IMG/VR virus record: IMGVR_UViG_3300046794_000123
Location: 14,538-78,537 of that record
Source of the DNA: a virus
Length of the DNA stretch: 64,000 nucleotides
Reading direction: 5' to 3' (one strand)
The notes under the pieces were generated by a model that was not told the DNA's origin, searched no databases, and was given only the letters and a program-made list of their open reading frames with translations. The position numbers and the translations under genes are program-made. The stretch's first letter is position 1. Each line of letters opens with the position of its first letter. Positions 30,871-40,515 of the stretch are shown piece by piece.

Positions 30871-31357
30871 TCACGCACGAACAGGCGCTGGATGTCTGTG
30901 CCCAGAAATATGCTGAGTACAGGGATAAGTGCGACAAAGCGTTCCGTACAGGTGCTGGAGGACGCTCAGTCGTCCATGCACAGAATGCCCACGTCATGGC
31001 AGAACAATTCCAAAAACTCGCTGGGCTGCGAAACACAGATGAAGCTGTGGCCCAGATCCGTGAACGACTCAAGAGGAAGAAACGATGAAAACCACCTGGC
31101 GTCATCCGGGCTACGATGCCCTCAATGAGAAGAGCAAGCCTGTCGTCGTGAAGACGTATTCGAGACCTGGAGTGAGTCCCGATCCGCAGGTCTCGGTAGG
31201 CTGCACCATGCGCAACTTCACCACGCTGGAGCTGCTCGACGATGGCACGCTGCAAGTGCGAGATCGTGATCTCGACAAGGCAGTCAACCTAGGCCGAGCC
31301 AAGGAAGCAATGGAGGCCATGGCCTACTCCATGAACATGCTGAAGATCCACTTCTAA
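30867..31357 (+). CDS. Two hypothetical ORFs (30867-31088, 31085-31357)
   Basis: Coupled ORFs. Confidence 0.55.
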
Positions 31358-31482
31358 CCAAGGAACGAGGGAGACAAGGAAAAGTCCTTCCTTGGTTCCC
31401 TCCCTCCTTCATTCGCGGGAGGCTTGCATCCCTCCAAGAATGGTTTACCGTATACGGTTGAACCAACCTTCTTGGAGTTCAG

Positions 31483-32127
31483 ATGAGAACAATCGTCTTC
31501 TCCTGCCTGAAAGGCGGGAGTGGCAAAACCACGCATTCAGCCCACTTCGCAGTGGCGCTGGAAGCCATGGGCAAAGGTCCAGTAGTCACTATGGACCTCG
31601 ATCCGCAAGGATCTCTCTCAGCCTGGTGGAATGACCGCAAGGCTGAGACACCCCAGTTCGCCATGGTCGAGAACGTAGCGCACCTGGCCAAGAAGCATGT
31701 CGAGCTCACCAATGCCGGCTACCAGTGGTGCGTGATCGATACGCCACCGCAGGACCACGAGATCAACCGCACAGCCATTCGTCTGGCTGATCTGGTGGTT
31801 ATTCCGGCCAAGCATTCTCCGCATGACATCCGGGCTGCCGAGAGCACGGTGGATCTATGCGAGCAAGAGAAGAAGAAGTTCTTCTTCCTGCTCAATGAGA
31901 CCAACGGCAAGTCGGTCTCGCTGGCTGCTACCCGTAAGCTTGCCTCGATGGGGCCGGTGATTCCACACGCCATCCCCAAGCTCAATGGCTACTGGGAGTC
32001 GATGATCGACGGCCGTACCTTTCAGGAAGTAAACAAGGGGACCGGTGCAATCATCATTGATGACGTAGCCAGCTTCCTTATCAGCCAGTTCGAGAAGCAG
32101 CCGAAGAAGGAGAAGGCTCATGTCTAA
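31483..32127 (+). CDS. parA: ParA (type Ib/ParF-like) partition ATPase
   Basis: Deviant Walker A KGGSGKTT, DLDPQGS, IDTPP; 214 aa with no N-terminal HTH. Confidence 0.93.
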   Translation: MRTIVFSCLKGGSGKTTHSAHFAVALEAMGKGPVVTMDLDPQGSLSAWWNDRKAETPQFAMVENVAHLAKKHVELTNAGYQWCVIDTPPQDHEINRTAIRLADLVVIPAKHSPHDIRAAESTVDLCEQEKKKFFFLLNETNGKSVSLAATRKLASMGPVIPHAIPKLNGYWESMIDGRTFQEVNKGTGAIIIDDVASFLISQFEKQPKKEKAHV

Positions 32128-32473
32128 GCCATCACTCGACTCACTCGTCACCCGTAAGGGCAGTGCTGCGCCTGCCGCCTTGGAACCGCCTGCAATCGAG
32201 CAAGCAAGCAAGGAGCCAAGGAAGGAAGTAACCAAGGAGGCATCCAAGGAACCCTCCAACCAAGGAGCCAGTGAAGGAAGGAGACGTGCTTGGCACCAAC
32301 CCGGCCAGGAGGAGTGGAAGAAGACGAACTATGAGATGCCGCTGCGTGTGCAGACCAAGCTCAAGGAGATGAAGAATTGGGGTTACATCCCCAATGTCTA
32401 CAAGTTCGTGGCTGAGGTGGTCGAGAAAGAGATCGACAAGGTCATTGCCAAGGCCGAGAAGGAGGGCTACTGA
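32120..32473 (+). CDS. Putative ParG-like centromere-binding protein (RHH)
   Basis: Overlaps the parA stop; flexible N-terminus with Arg (LVTRKG), C-terminal strand-helix-helix pattern (KKTNYEM-PLRVQTKLKEM-NVYKFVAEVVEKEI). Confidence 0.65.
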   Translation: MSKPSLDSLVTRKGSAAPAALEPPAIEQASKEPRKEVTKEASKEPSNQGASEGRRRAWHQPGQEEWKKTNYEMPLRVQTKLKEMKNWGYIPNVYKFVAEVVEKEIDKVIAKAEKEGY

Positions 32474-32474
32474 C

Positions 32475-33113
32475 GTGAGCGTACCCGAGCTATTCGATGA
32501 CGAGCCAGAGAAGATACAGCAGCTGGAGCTATTCAAGGCTGAGACTCGCTGGTTCCATGTCTTCAAATCCATGATCGCCAGCGGTGATGTGGCCAAAATG
32601 GGGCCGTATGCCTTCACCGTCTATTCGGTGATCAAGGCCCATACCAGCTTCAGCAAGGGCCACAGCTTCCCGGAGATCTCCACCATCGTGGAGGAGTCGG
32701 GCATCAGCAAGGCACAGGTGCATCGAGCTCTCGATGTACTGGAGGAACTGGGTTACGTGCGCAGGGGCAAGAAGCCCAGCGGACGAGGGAACCTCTACAT
32801 CTTCCGTGAGAAGGTGGACATCGAGGACAAGCAGGGCAACCATGTGGCTGATGCCTCATGGGATTACCTGCCGCTCGGTGTCAGCTCTGCCATCGCTGAG
32901 CTGAAGCATGTCAAAATGACTGGTGACTTTAGCGGAGCCAAGATCGTCCAGATCGAGAACCTGACTGTCAACGTGAACACAGCGAACGACAGTTCGATTC
33001 AGATCAACATTCAGACGCTTATGGACAACATGGAAATGCTGCCCAAGGAGCTGAAAGAGATATTGGTTAGACGATTAGCAGAGATGCAGTTGAAGTCTCC
33101 CACTGAGACTTGA
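32475..33113 (+). CDS. Putative plasmid-type replication initiator (winged HTH, HTH_36-like)
   Basis: GTG start after GGAGG; AFTVYSVIKAH...SFPEISTIVEESGISKAQVHRALDVLEELGYV; immediately followed by a repeat array. Confidence 0.65.
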   Translation: MSVPELFDDEPEKIQQLELFKAETRWFHVFKSMIASGDVAKMGPYAFTVYSVIKAHTSFSKGHSFPEISTIVEESGISKAQVHRALDVLEELGYVRRGKKPSGRGNLYIFREKVDIEDKQGNHVADASWDYLPLGVSSAIAELKHVKMTGDFSGAKIVQIENLTVNVNTANDSSIQINIQTLMDNMEMLPKELKEILVRRLAEMQLKSPTET

Positions 33114-33298
33114 AACGTAGGTCTCACACTGAGACGTATCCAAGAGAGACTGAACAACTCCCTTCAAGTCTCAGGCTGAGACTCGAAACCGGGGTTCAGG
33201 TCTCACACAGAGTCACTAATAAGATAAGACTTGTTTACTAAGTAAACCCAGAGCATCGAAGACTTATCCACACTTTCAGTGGCTAACCCTGTGAACAA
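33093..33298. repeat. Putative replication origin: 5 palindromic GTCTC-N5-GAGAC boxes, AT-rich tract, DnaA boxes
   Basis: Boxes at 33095, 33121, 33136 (1 mismatch), 33168, 33200 (1 mismatch); AT-rich 33215-33247; TTATCCACA 33264-33272; TGTGAACAA 33290-33298. Confidence 0.8.
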
Positions 33299-33300
33299 CT

Positions 33301-33941
33301 ATGAGCGACGCACAAGAACCGAAGAACCTCGTCCTGGTCAAGCTGGATCAGGTACTGACCAGGCTCGACAACCTGCATGACGACATGCGGCAGATCAAGG
33401 CACGCATGACAGCACTGGAAAAGCAGATGCAGACAACCAGTGAATCCGTGGTCGCCCAGTGGGACACCTTTGATAAGCACGAAGACCGGATCCGCACGCT
33501 GGAAAACCAATGACCGACCATGGCCATCGAAAACATCCCACGATTCGAGTCAGAAGAGCAGGAGCTGCGCTGGATCCTCAACGAGCTGCACAAGGAGTAC
33601 CAGCGCAAGATTCAGCCCATTGTCAAACGGCTGAGCAAGATTGACGCAGCCAGGCCGCTGCCACCGCTCATCGTGAGCGACTACGACAAATACAACCAGC
33701 AGGCGCTACAGCAGCTGCTGGACAAGTTCAGACAAGGCCGAACATGAACCAGGAAAAAGAAATGACGCACAAACCCATGAATGCCTGGAAGGTGTATCAG
33801 CCTTCCGGCACCACCGACCCGGATGCCCATCTCGACACGGTGTTCTTCATCCCGAGCATGGAAGCGGACGACATCAAGAAAGCCCTGATTGAGCATGACG
33901 GCTTTCCATCCAACATCTACATTGAGTTGGATAAGCGATAA
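33301..33941 (+). CDS. Three small ORFs (33301-33513 coiled coil, 33520-33747, 33744-33941)
   Basis: ORF track. Confidence 0.55.
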
Positions 33942-33963
33942 GCGCAGTACCGCATCAAACCTC

Positions 33964-33992
33964 AAAGGCACCTTCGGGTGCCTTTTTCTTTT
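33964..33992 (+). terminator. Intrinsic terminator
   Basis: aaaggcacc-ttcg-ggtgccttt-ttctttt. Confidence 0.8.
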
Positions 33993-34014
33993 GGTTCATC
34001 AAAAGGAGCACACC

Positions 34015-35208
34015 ATGCAAAAGTTCACCGGCATGCAGTACCTCAAGATCGACATCGCTTCGAACTTCGGCCTCGACAAGAAGACCTGGGACGAGCGTCT
34101 GGACTGGTTCGAAGAGAACAAGCACTGCCTGCATGAGAAGCTGGCTGAAGCGGAGACACCGGCACTGTACTTCGCAGGCGTGCAAGCCTATGAAGCGAGC
34201 CAGCGAGGAGAAGCCTCGGGTTATCCGATCTCCCTCGATGCCACGAGCTCGGGATTGCAGATCCTCGCTGCACTCTGCGGTGACCGTCTGGCTGCAACCC
34301 TGTGCAATGTCATCTCCTCTGGCTCACGGGAAGATGCCTACACCGGCATCTACGAACGCATGCTGGCCAAGGTCGGAGCCGAAGCCAAGATCAAGCGCAC
34401 CGACATCAAGCAGGCTGTGATGACGGCTCTCTACGGTTCCAAGGCCATCCCGAAGCTGGTATTCGGTGAGGGCGGGCTGCTCGACATGTTCTACGACACC
34501 ATGAAGGAAGTCGCTCCCTACGCCTGGGAGCTCAACGAAGCCTTTCTCGCAATGTGGAATCCGGAAGCGCTCATCAACAGCTGGGTGCTGCCCGACAATT
34601 TCCACGTGCACGTGAAGGTCATGGGCCAGGTCACCGAGCGAGTCCACTTTCTGGATGAGCCGTTCGACTTCACCAAGCAAATCAACATGCCCACGGAGGA
34701 GGGCAGGTCACTCGGTGCCAACACCATCCACTCGCTCGACGGGATGATCGTCCGTGAGATGAATCGTCGTTGCAATTACGACACTGCGACAATTCACCGC
34801 ATCTGGTCGGCACTGGAAGGCGACTGCAGCGCAGGCACCGATGAGGACGATGAAATAGTGATGACGCTTTGGAATCACTTCCTCGAGTCCGGTTACCTGT
34901 CGGCTCGCATCCTCGATCACCTGTACGGAGACAACATCGATCTGGTGAACTCAGCCGACATCCATGAGTTGCTGACCAGTCTCCCCAAGAAACCGTTCCA
35001 GATCATGACCATCCACGACTGTTTCCGCTGCCTGCCCAACTACGGCAACGATCTGCGGGAGCAGTACAACCTGCAACTGGCCCTCATTGCCAAGAGCAAC
35101 CTGTTGCAGTTCCTGGTTCGCCAGATCGTCGGCCGTCAGGTCGAAGTCAACAAGATCGACGGCACCATGTGGCAGGACGTTCTGTCCGCAGAGTACGCCC
35201 TTAGCTGA
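34015..35208 (+). CDS. RNA polymerase II large subunit (N4 gp16)
   Basis: ISLDATSSGLQ (motif A), R..IKQAVMT.LYGS (B), TIHDCF (C). Confidence 0.92.
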   Translation: MQKFTGMQYLKIDIASNFGLDKKTWDERLDWFEENKHCLHEKLAEAETPALYFAGVQAYEASQRGEASGYPISLDATSSGLQILAALCGDRLAATLCNVISSGSREDAYTGIYERMLAKVGAEAKIKRTDIKQAVMTALYGSKAIPKLVFGEGGLLDMFYDTMKEVAPYAWELNEAFLAMWNPEALINSWVLPDNFHVHVKVMGQVTERVHFLDEPFDFTKQINMPTEEGRSLGANTIHSLDGMIVREMNRRCNYDTATIHRIWSALEGDCSAGTDEDDEIVMTLWNHFLESGYLSARILDHLYGDNIDLVNSADIHELLTSLPKKPFQIMTIHDCFRCLPNYGNDLREQYNLQLALIAKSNLLQFLVRQIVGRQVEVNKIDGTMWQDVLSAEYALS

Positions 35209-35491
35209 CAATTTGTCAGGAAGGAGGAATGTTTTACTCCCTTACAGGACAAAGCAATTCGCGGATCAGCGGGGTAAAGAAACATCTATTCAGACCGACC
35301 TTTACCCCATCTATTCCCTAAGATCATGGCCCTTGCCGGTAAACGACCAATTCAACTTACCTCTAAAAAGCAGTTAACCTTTAGTCTGGATTTAGTTAGA
35401 ATCTGCTCCCACACGACAGGTCCCGGTAAGAACTGCCGTAGGCAATCCCTGTTTGTTCTGGGGTGGTGAGACACCTCCCACCATCCGTTTT

Positions 35492-35516
35492 CGGCCCGCT
35501 CGGAGCGGGCCTCTTC
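35492..35516 (+). terminator. Terminator-like hairpin
   Basis: ggcccgct-cgg-agcgggcc-tcttc. Confidence 0.5.
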
Positions 35517-35520
35517 AATT

Positions 35521-37617
35521 GTGAACCTGATAGATCAGGCCAAGGAGTCAGCTGTGGCGGTCAACCCATTCACCCAAGCCAAACCCTATCTCTGGAACGG
35601 TCACGGCGAAAAACAGGAACAGCAGCGGTTCCTGTGCCACGCACTGGGCCGGGCATACGAAGCAGGCAAGGTCCGTCCCATTCTGTGCGGCCGGGCTGAG
35701 GTGATGATCCATAACCGCCTGGGTGGCTACGTCTCGGTCGAAGGGTGGTTGGCCAACGAGCTCGGGCTCACGCTCAGCGTGATGACCCCGGAGAACGTGC
35801 AGGCCTACCGCCTTCGCTGGCTCGAAGACCTGGAACAACGCTGGAACCAAGGAGAAAGAACGTGAGCAACGCAGACAAGCGCAGCACCCACACCGACGCA
35901 CTCGAAACGCTCGGCATGATCCACTTCAAGCCTGAAGCACGGGATGCGATTCACTTGGCTGTCGAGCCGATCGAAGCTGGCGAGCGCCTGCGTCCGAACG
36001 ATGACGTGGGCATCTACAACGGCAAGGCCTATCAGGCCGCCATTCGTGATATCGACGGGCAAATGGTCGAAGTCAAGGCACTGGGCAAGGTCGATCCCTT
36101 CCTGCCGAACAACAAGTTCGTGCAGGCCGGTCAGTCTTTCTGGCTCGTCGTCTACCCCCGCATGATCACCTCCCTGCGTCACGTGTGGGAGCACCCGGCA
36201 TTCTCGGAGAGCAAGTGATGGCACACCCGTACCCGGTGGAAGAGCACGACGCTCGTGTGATGTGTGCCGATCCGCAGGCACTGGCCTATGCATGGATGAC
36301 AGGCTACCTAGACAACCTGAACAGCCGCATCGGCAGTGACGATGGTCACGACATCACCATGGATGAGTTGATCCAGACGGCCATGAGCCATCTGGATGAA
36401 AACAGCCGCTGGGGTGGTGACTACATCACCCGAGGTGGTGCCTTTGAAGGAGAGGGCACCGACCCGACGTTCTGGGAAAAGCTAGCCATCTTCAAGGGCA
36501 TCGACATCCCTGAAGAGAAGCGTGGCAACTTCTTCAGCTGCTCCTGCTGACATGCCGGGATTTCTCACGCAGGAGGAACGAATCATCATCGTTCGTGCGA
36601 TGACGATGTTCCGAGAGCAAAAGCCAGATGAGAACAGCACCAACCACGGACTGGAATACAAGGTCCTGTCTGAGTTGCTGGATCGTGACTCCCCATCGAA
36701 CCAAGGAAAGAACATGAGCAGCACAGTGCGATCGTACGGCTTCATCGCCGTACTGCGAGTACCAATCCTGGAAGATCAGCGTGATGATCTGAATGAAAAG
36801 CTCTACGACGAGAAGAGCGACATTCGTGTCGGTTACAGCGGCGAGCTGCTGCACATCGACTTCAACCGGAACAAGCCGTACCACATCAAGGAAGACATCT
36901 ACGGTCTTTTCATTGGCTCCGATAAATACGATCCGAAGGGCTTCCTCGAAGAAGCTGGCCATCACAACCTGTTCGTCGATCTGCTGACCCTCCGGCCGTA
37001 CAACTGCATCTGGTACAACGGCACCGACAACCCGGTGGACATGCTGACCAAGGAAGAATTCCTGAAGAAGGTGAAGCCGTGAAAGAGCGATTCAAGGAAT
37101 GGCTGCTGCGCTGGCTGATCAGGGATCTGATCCGACGCCGGTACGGCGTGCACCTGATGACTGTCATCGTTGGCGAGTATCTCGACTGCTTTTACGAAGA
37201 CAACCTGTTCACCATCCACTCCGTAGTGTCTGCTCAGGTAGATCAGGCCGTGGAACGGGTACGTATTGGTGGGGATCCGCTGCTATGAGCAGCTGCAATG
37301 TAATTCCGCCGATTATTCCACCGATCACAGATCCGCTGGGGAGTCATTGGGTACAGCCAGCACCAGATGACATCCTGGTATCCGATGACACTGCTGTCAT
37401 GAGTCAGCCAGCGTTCGCCGGTCTGCGGGAGTATTCCTCGACGATACCATCCGGTGTCTACCCCGGAAAGATGTGGAAGGCGCAGCTGGAGGATGGCTGG
37501 TATCTGCGCTGGTACGGCATAGTGCCTGGCCGAGAAGACCTCTGTTCAAACAATCAACGAAAGATTTCGATCATGGACTGGAAAGCCATGATGGGGATTG
37601 CACAAAAGGCCATCTGA
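35521..37617 (+). CDS. Cluster of middle hypothetical ORFs (35521-35865, 35862-36218, 36218-36550, 36552-37082, 37079-37288, 37285-37617)
   Basis: Translationally coupled ORFs. Confidence 0.6.
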
Positions 37618-37621
37618 TGAA

Positions 37622-38098
37622 ATGGACACTGCAATTTGTCATCCGCCGGATGCTGTCTCAAGGTCGAAAGGAAAAGCTGTACCAGTGGATTGTGGAAGCG
37701 GATTCGTGGGCCTACTACAGGATCCGAGAGACACAGTCGGGCATGAACTCGATACTGGAACTCAGCACGCTCCTTCGGGAAGACGGGAAAGCATCCTAGA
37801 GAAGATCCTGAAGCGCATCGTCGAAGTCGACATGGGCTTCGTCACTCCCTGTCACATCTGGCAAGGACCAACCAGTGGAGAAGGCAGGGGAGGTGGCTAC
37901 CCCAGGATGAGTCTCGATGGCCAGACCGTGGCCGTCCATATCGTGGTGTACACCCACCACTTCGGCTACATCCCTGGCAAGAAGCAGATCGATCATCTGT
38001 GTAATGTCCGTCTCTGCTGCAACCCGTTTCATCTGGAGCTCGTCACTCATCTGAAGAACCAACGAAGAAGAGCTACCCGAGCCAAGGAGAAGGTATGA
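37622..38098 (+). CDS. HNH endonuclease (N4 gp22-like); start uncertain
   Basis: CHIWQG...GYPRM...IDHLCNVRLCCNPFHLE. Confidence 0.8.
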   Translation: MDTAICHPPDAVSRSKGKAVPVDCGSGFVGLLQDPRDTVGHELDTGTQHAPSGRRESILEKILKRIVEVDMGFVTPCHIWQGPTSGEGRGGGYPRMSLDGQTVAVHIVVYTHHFGYIPGKKQIDHLCNVRLCCNPFHLELVTHLKNQRRRATRAKEKV

Positions 38099-39144
38099 AG
38101 CCTCTATATGCCATCAGGCATAAACCAACCGGCCACTACATTCCAGATCCGGATCGTATTCAGTGGCGTGCTTCACATATCGAACCCGTGGACTGCTCAG
38201 GAGATGGCCCCAATCCGCGTCTGTTTATTTCGGAACTCGCAGCCAAGCGTGCACTTAGTGCCTGGCTTCAGGGTCGGTGGAAGGCTGAGTTGGAATGGGA
38301 ATCCACGGATGAATACGGTAGCGGCTTCCATTACCGGGGATTGCCTGTACCTAAGACAGCCCCTAACCGCGTCAAGGAAGAAATGGAGGTTGTAGCTTTC
38401 TATTTGGAAGCCCGGCTGTAGGAGTGTGCGGTTTCACACATGAGGTCTGATCATTGTTATGGCACTATTTATGCCAGATCAATGAGGAGTCCTCACGCCA
38501 TGAACCGCACTCACTTCGATATCGCGCATGAAAAGCTGAACGATTACCTGCTGCAGTTTTGTCTGTCCCGGATTCACGGGATGCACAACGCAGCTGAGGA
38601 TAGGCCCCGTACCTTCGGCACGCATACCGGCTTCGTCTCTATCGAGCTGAACCGGGATGCCGAGTTCCTGCAGACCGGTGATCTGCTGCTGATCTCCGGC
38701 CACCGCAACCCGAAGTGGCGCATGGCCTGGTTGAAAGAGGTACGAGTAGGCGAAGCAGGACCGGAATACCTCGTTCAGTCCACGCAAGGCGAGGGTGAAG
38801 TGACCTGGATGCACAACGTATCCATGTCGTTCTTTCACCGACCCACCCTGGAACACCATCCGGAGTGGCGCTGGACGAATGAGCAGCATCAGTTGGCGGA
38901 TCAATGGATGGACGTGGTCACGGCGAACCGTGACACCCGTCTCATTGCTCCCATGATGCCTGTGTTTTTTGGGGATTCAGTTCGACTGAAAGCCCGTGGA
39001 CGGTTTGGAATCTCTGATTTCAGACCGCAGAAGACAATCGATGATTTCCACTGCATGACCCAAGAGAATCTCTTGGCTGTCTATGACGAGCTGTGCCAGA
39101 TGCTGGCCACCGACAAGGCAACGAAAGTGGAGGTCGACAACTAG
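38095..39144 (+). CDS. Two hypothetical ORFs (38095-38421, 38500-39144)
   Basis: ORF track with RBS. Confidence 0.55.
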
Positions 39145-39158
39145 GAACCAAGGAAGAG

Positions 39159-40208
39159 ATGGACAACGCATTCAAGTGCAGCCCCCGCCAACTCCGCAGC
39201 TTCATCACCGACGCACTCTACGCTGGACTCGTGCCCTTCGTTCAGGCTTCACCGGGCGTGGGCAAGTCCTCAATCATGAAACTGGTGGCACAAGACCTGA
39301 ACCTGAAGGTCATCGACCACCGGCTCTCGACTTCCGCTCCGGAAGATCTCTCCGGGCTTCCCCGATTCACCGAGAACAACTCCGCCGAGTTCGTCCCGTT
39401 CGCTGATCTGTTTCCGCTAGACGGCACGGCACTGCCCAAGGGCAAGGACGGCTGGATGCTCTTCCTGGACGAGTTCAATTCGTCTGCCAAAACGGTGCAG
39501 GCCGCAGCCTACAAGCTGGTGCTCGATCGCATGATCGGCCAGTACAAGCTGCACCAGAACTGCGTGATCACGGCGGCCGGCAACCTCGCCACCGATCGGG
39601 CCATCGTCAACCAGATCTCGACGGCCATGCAGTCCCGAGTCGTGCACCTGGAGCTCGAAATCAGCTTCGAGGAATGGATGCACGATGTGGCGCTCAAGAA
39701 CAACTACGACGCCCGCATCATCGGCTTTCTGTCCCAGTGGCCGAGCAAGCTGATGGACTTCAATCCGAGCCATTCGGAGAAGACCTTCGCCTGCCCCCGG
39801 ACCTGGGAGTTCGTCGACCGTCTGTGCAAGCTGCCCAACTGGCAGGGTGACCTGACGGAGAAGGCGCCACTCCTCACCGGTACGCTCACCAGCGGGATCG
39901 CTACCGAATTCATCACCTTCTCCAAGGTGTGGAAGGAGCTGATCAACATCACTGAAGTCGTCCGAGATCCGAAGAACTGCCGGATTCCGAGCAATGCTTC
40001 GACCAAGTGGGCAACCATTGCTCACCTGATGGAGAACATCAATCCGCTGAACTTCGATGACGTGGCTACCTACGTCAATCGGGATGACTTCGGCATCTCC
40101 TTCCGAATCCTGTTCTTTCGCTCGGTGATGGTTCGCCAGCCGGATCTGCGTCAGCACCCGGCATTCGCCCGTGCGATGAGCGAGCTGTCGAAGTATTTGG
40201 CTTCCTGA
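39159..40208 (+). CDS. MoxR-like AAA+ ATPase (N4 gp24)
   Basis: SPGVGKS Walker A, LFLDEFN Walker B, PRTWE. Confidence 0.88.
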   Translation: MDNAFKCSPRQLRSFITDALYAGLVPFVQASPGVGKSSIMKLVAQDLNLKVIDHRLSTSAPEDLSGLPRFTENNSAEFVPFADLFPLDGTALPKGKDGWMLFLDEFNSSAKTVQAAAYKLVLDRMIGQYKLHQNCVITAAGNLATDRAIVNQISTAMQSRVVHLELEISFEEWMHDVALKNNYDARIIGFLSQWPSKLMDFNPSHSEKTFACPRTWEFVDRLCKLPNWQGDLTEKAPLLTGTLTSGIATEFITFSKVWKELINITEVVRDPKNCRIPSNASTKWATIAHLMENINPLNFDDVATYVNRDDFGISFRILFFRSVMVRQPDLRQHPAFARAMSELSKYLAS

Positions 40209-40296
40209 GCCATGTTCTCCCCGACCTACCTATCCATGATGTGGGGTCTCTGGCTCCGCATCATGATGAACCCATTCCCTGAGCCAAGGAAAGAAG

Positions 40297-40515
40297 ATGA
40301 CCACCTTCATCAATAACAAAGGTCCGATCGATCACACCTACGTTGCCCATCTGAATGGTAAGGGAGTGGTGGTCTACGCCCGCTCGCTGTACGAAGCGAA
40401 GCAACGTGCTGTCGAACACTTCAAGCCCAAGAAGAAAGATCTGGGCCTGCTCGCCGTCAACCTCTACGAAGTAGGGGAGGGACGTACCCTCGTTGAACAA
40501 ACGGCGGTGGCGTGA
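40297..40515 (+). CDS. Hypothetical protein
   Basis: 72 aa ORF with RBS. Confidence 0.55.
   Translation: MTTFINNKGPIDHTYVAHLNGKGVVVYARSLYEAKQRAVEHFKPKKKDLGLLAVNLYEVGEGRTLVEQTAVA

Noticed and set aside
33093-33214. GTCTC/GAGAC array as a CRISPR array
   Set aside because: Units are 15 bp with irregular 0-17 bp gaps and there is no cas operon. The Cas4-like nuclease is the standard N4 gp42.
35434-35444. TGCC-GTA-GGCA as a leftward vRNAP promoter
   Set aside because: Lacks the GC-TAC-GC core and the downstream GATGTTGG of the three genuine sites.
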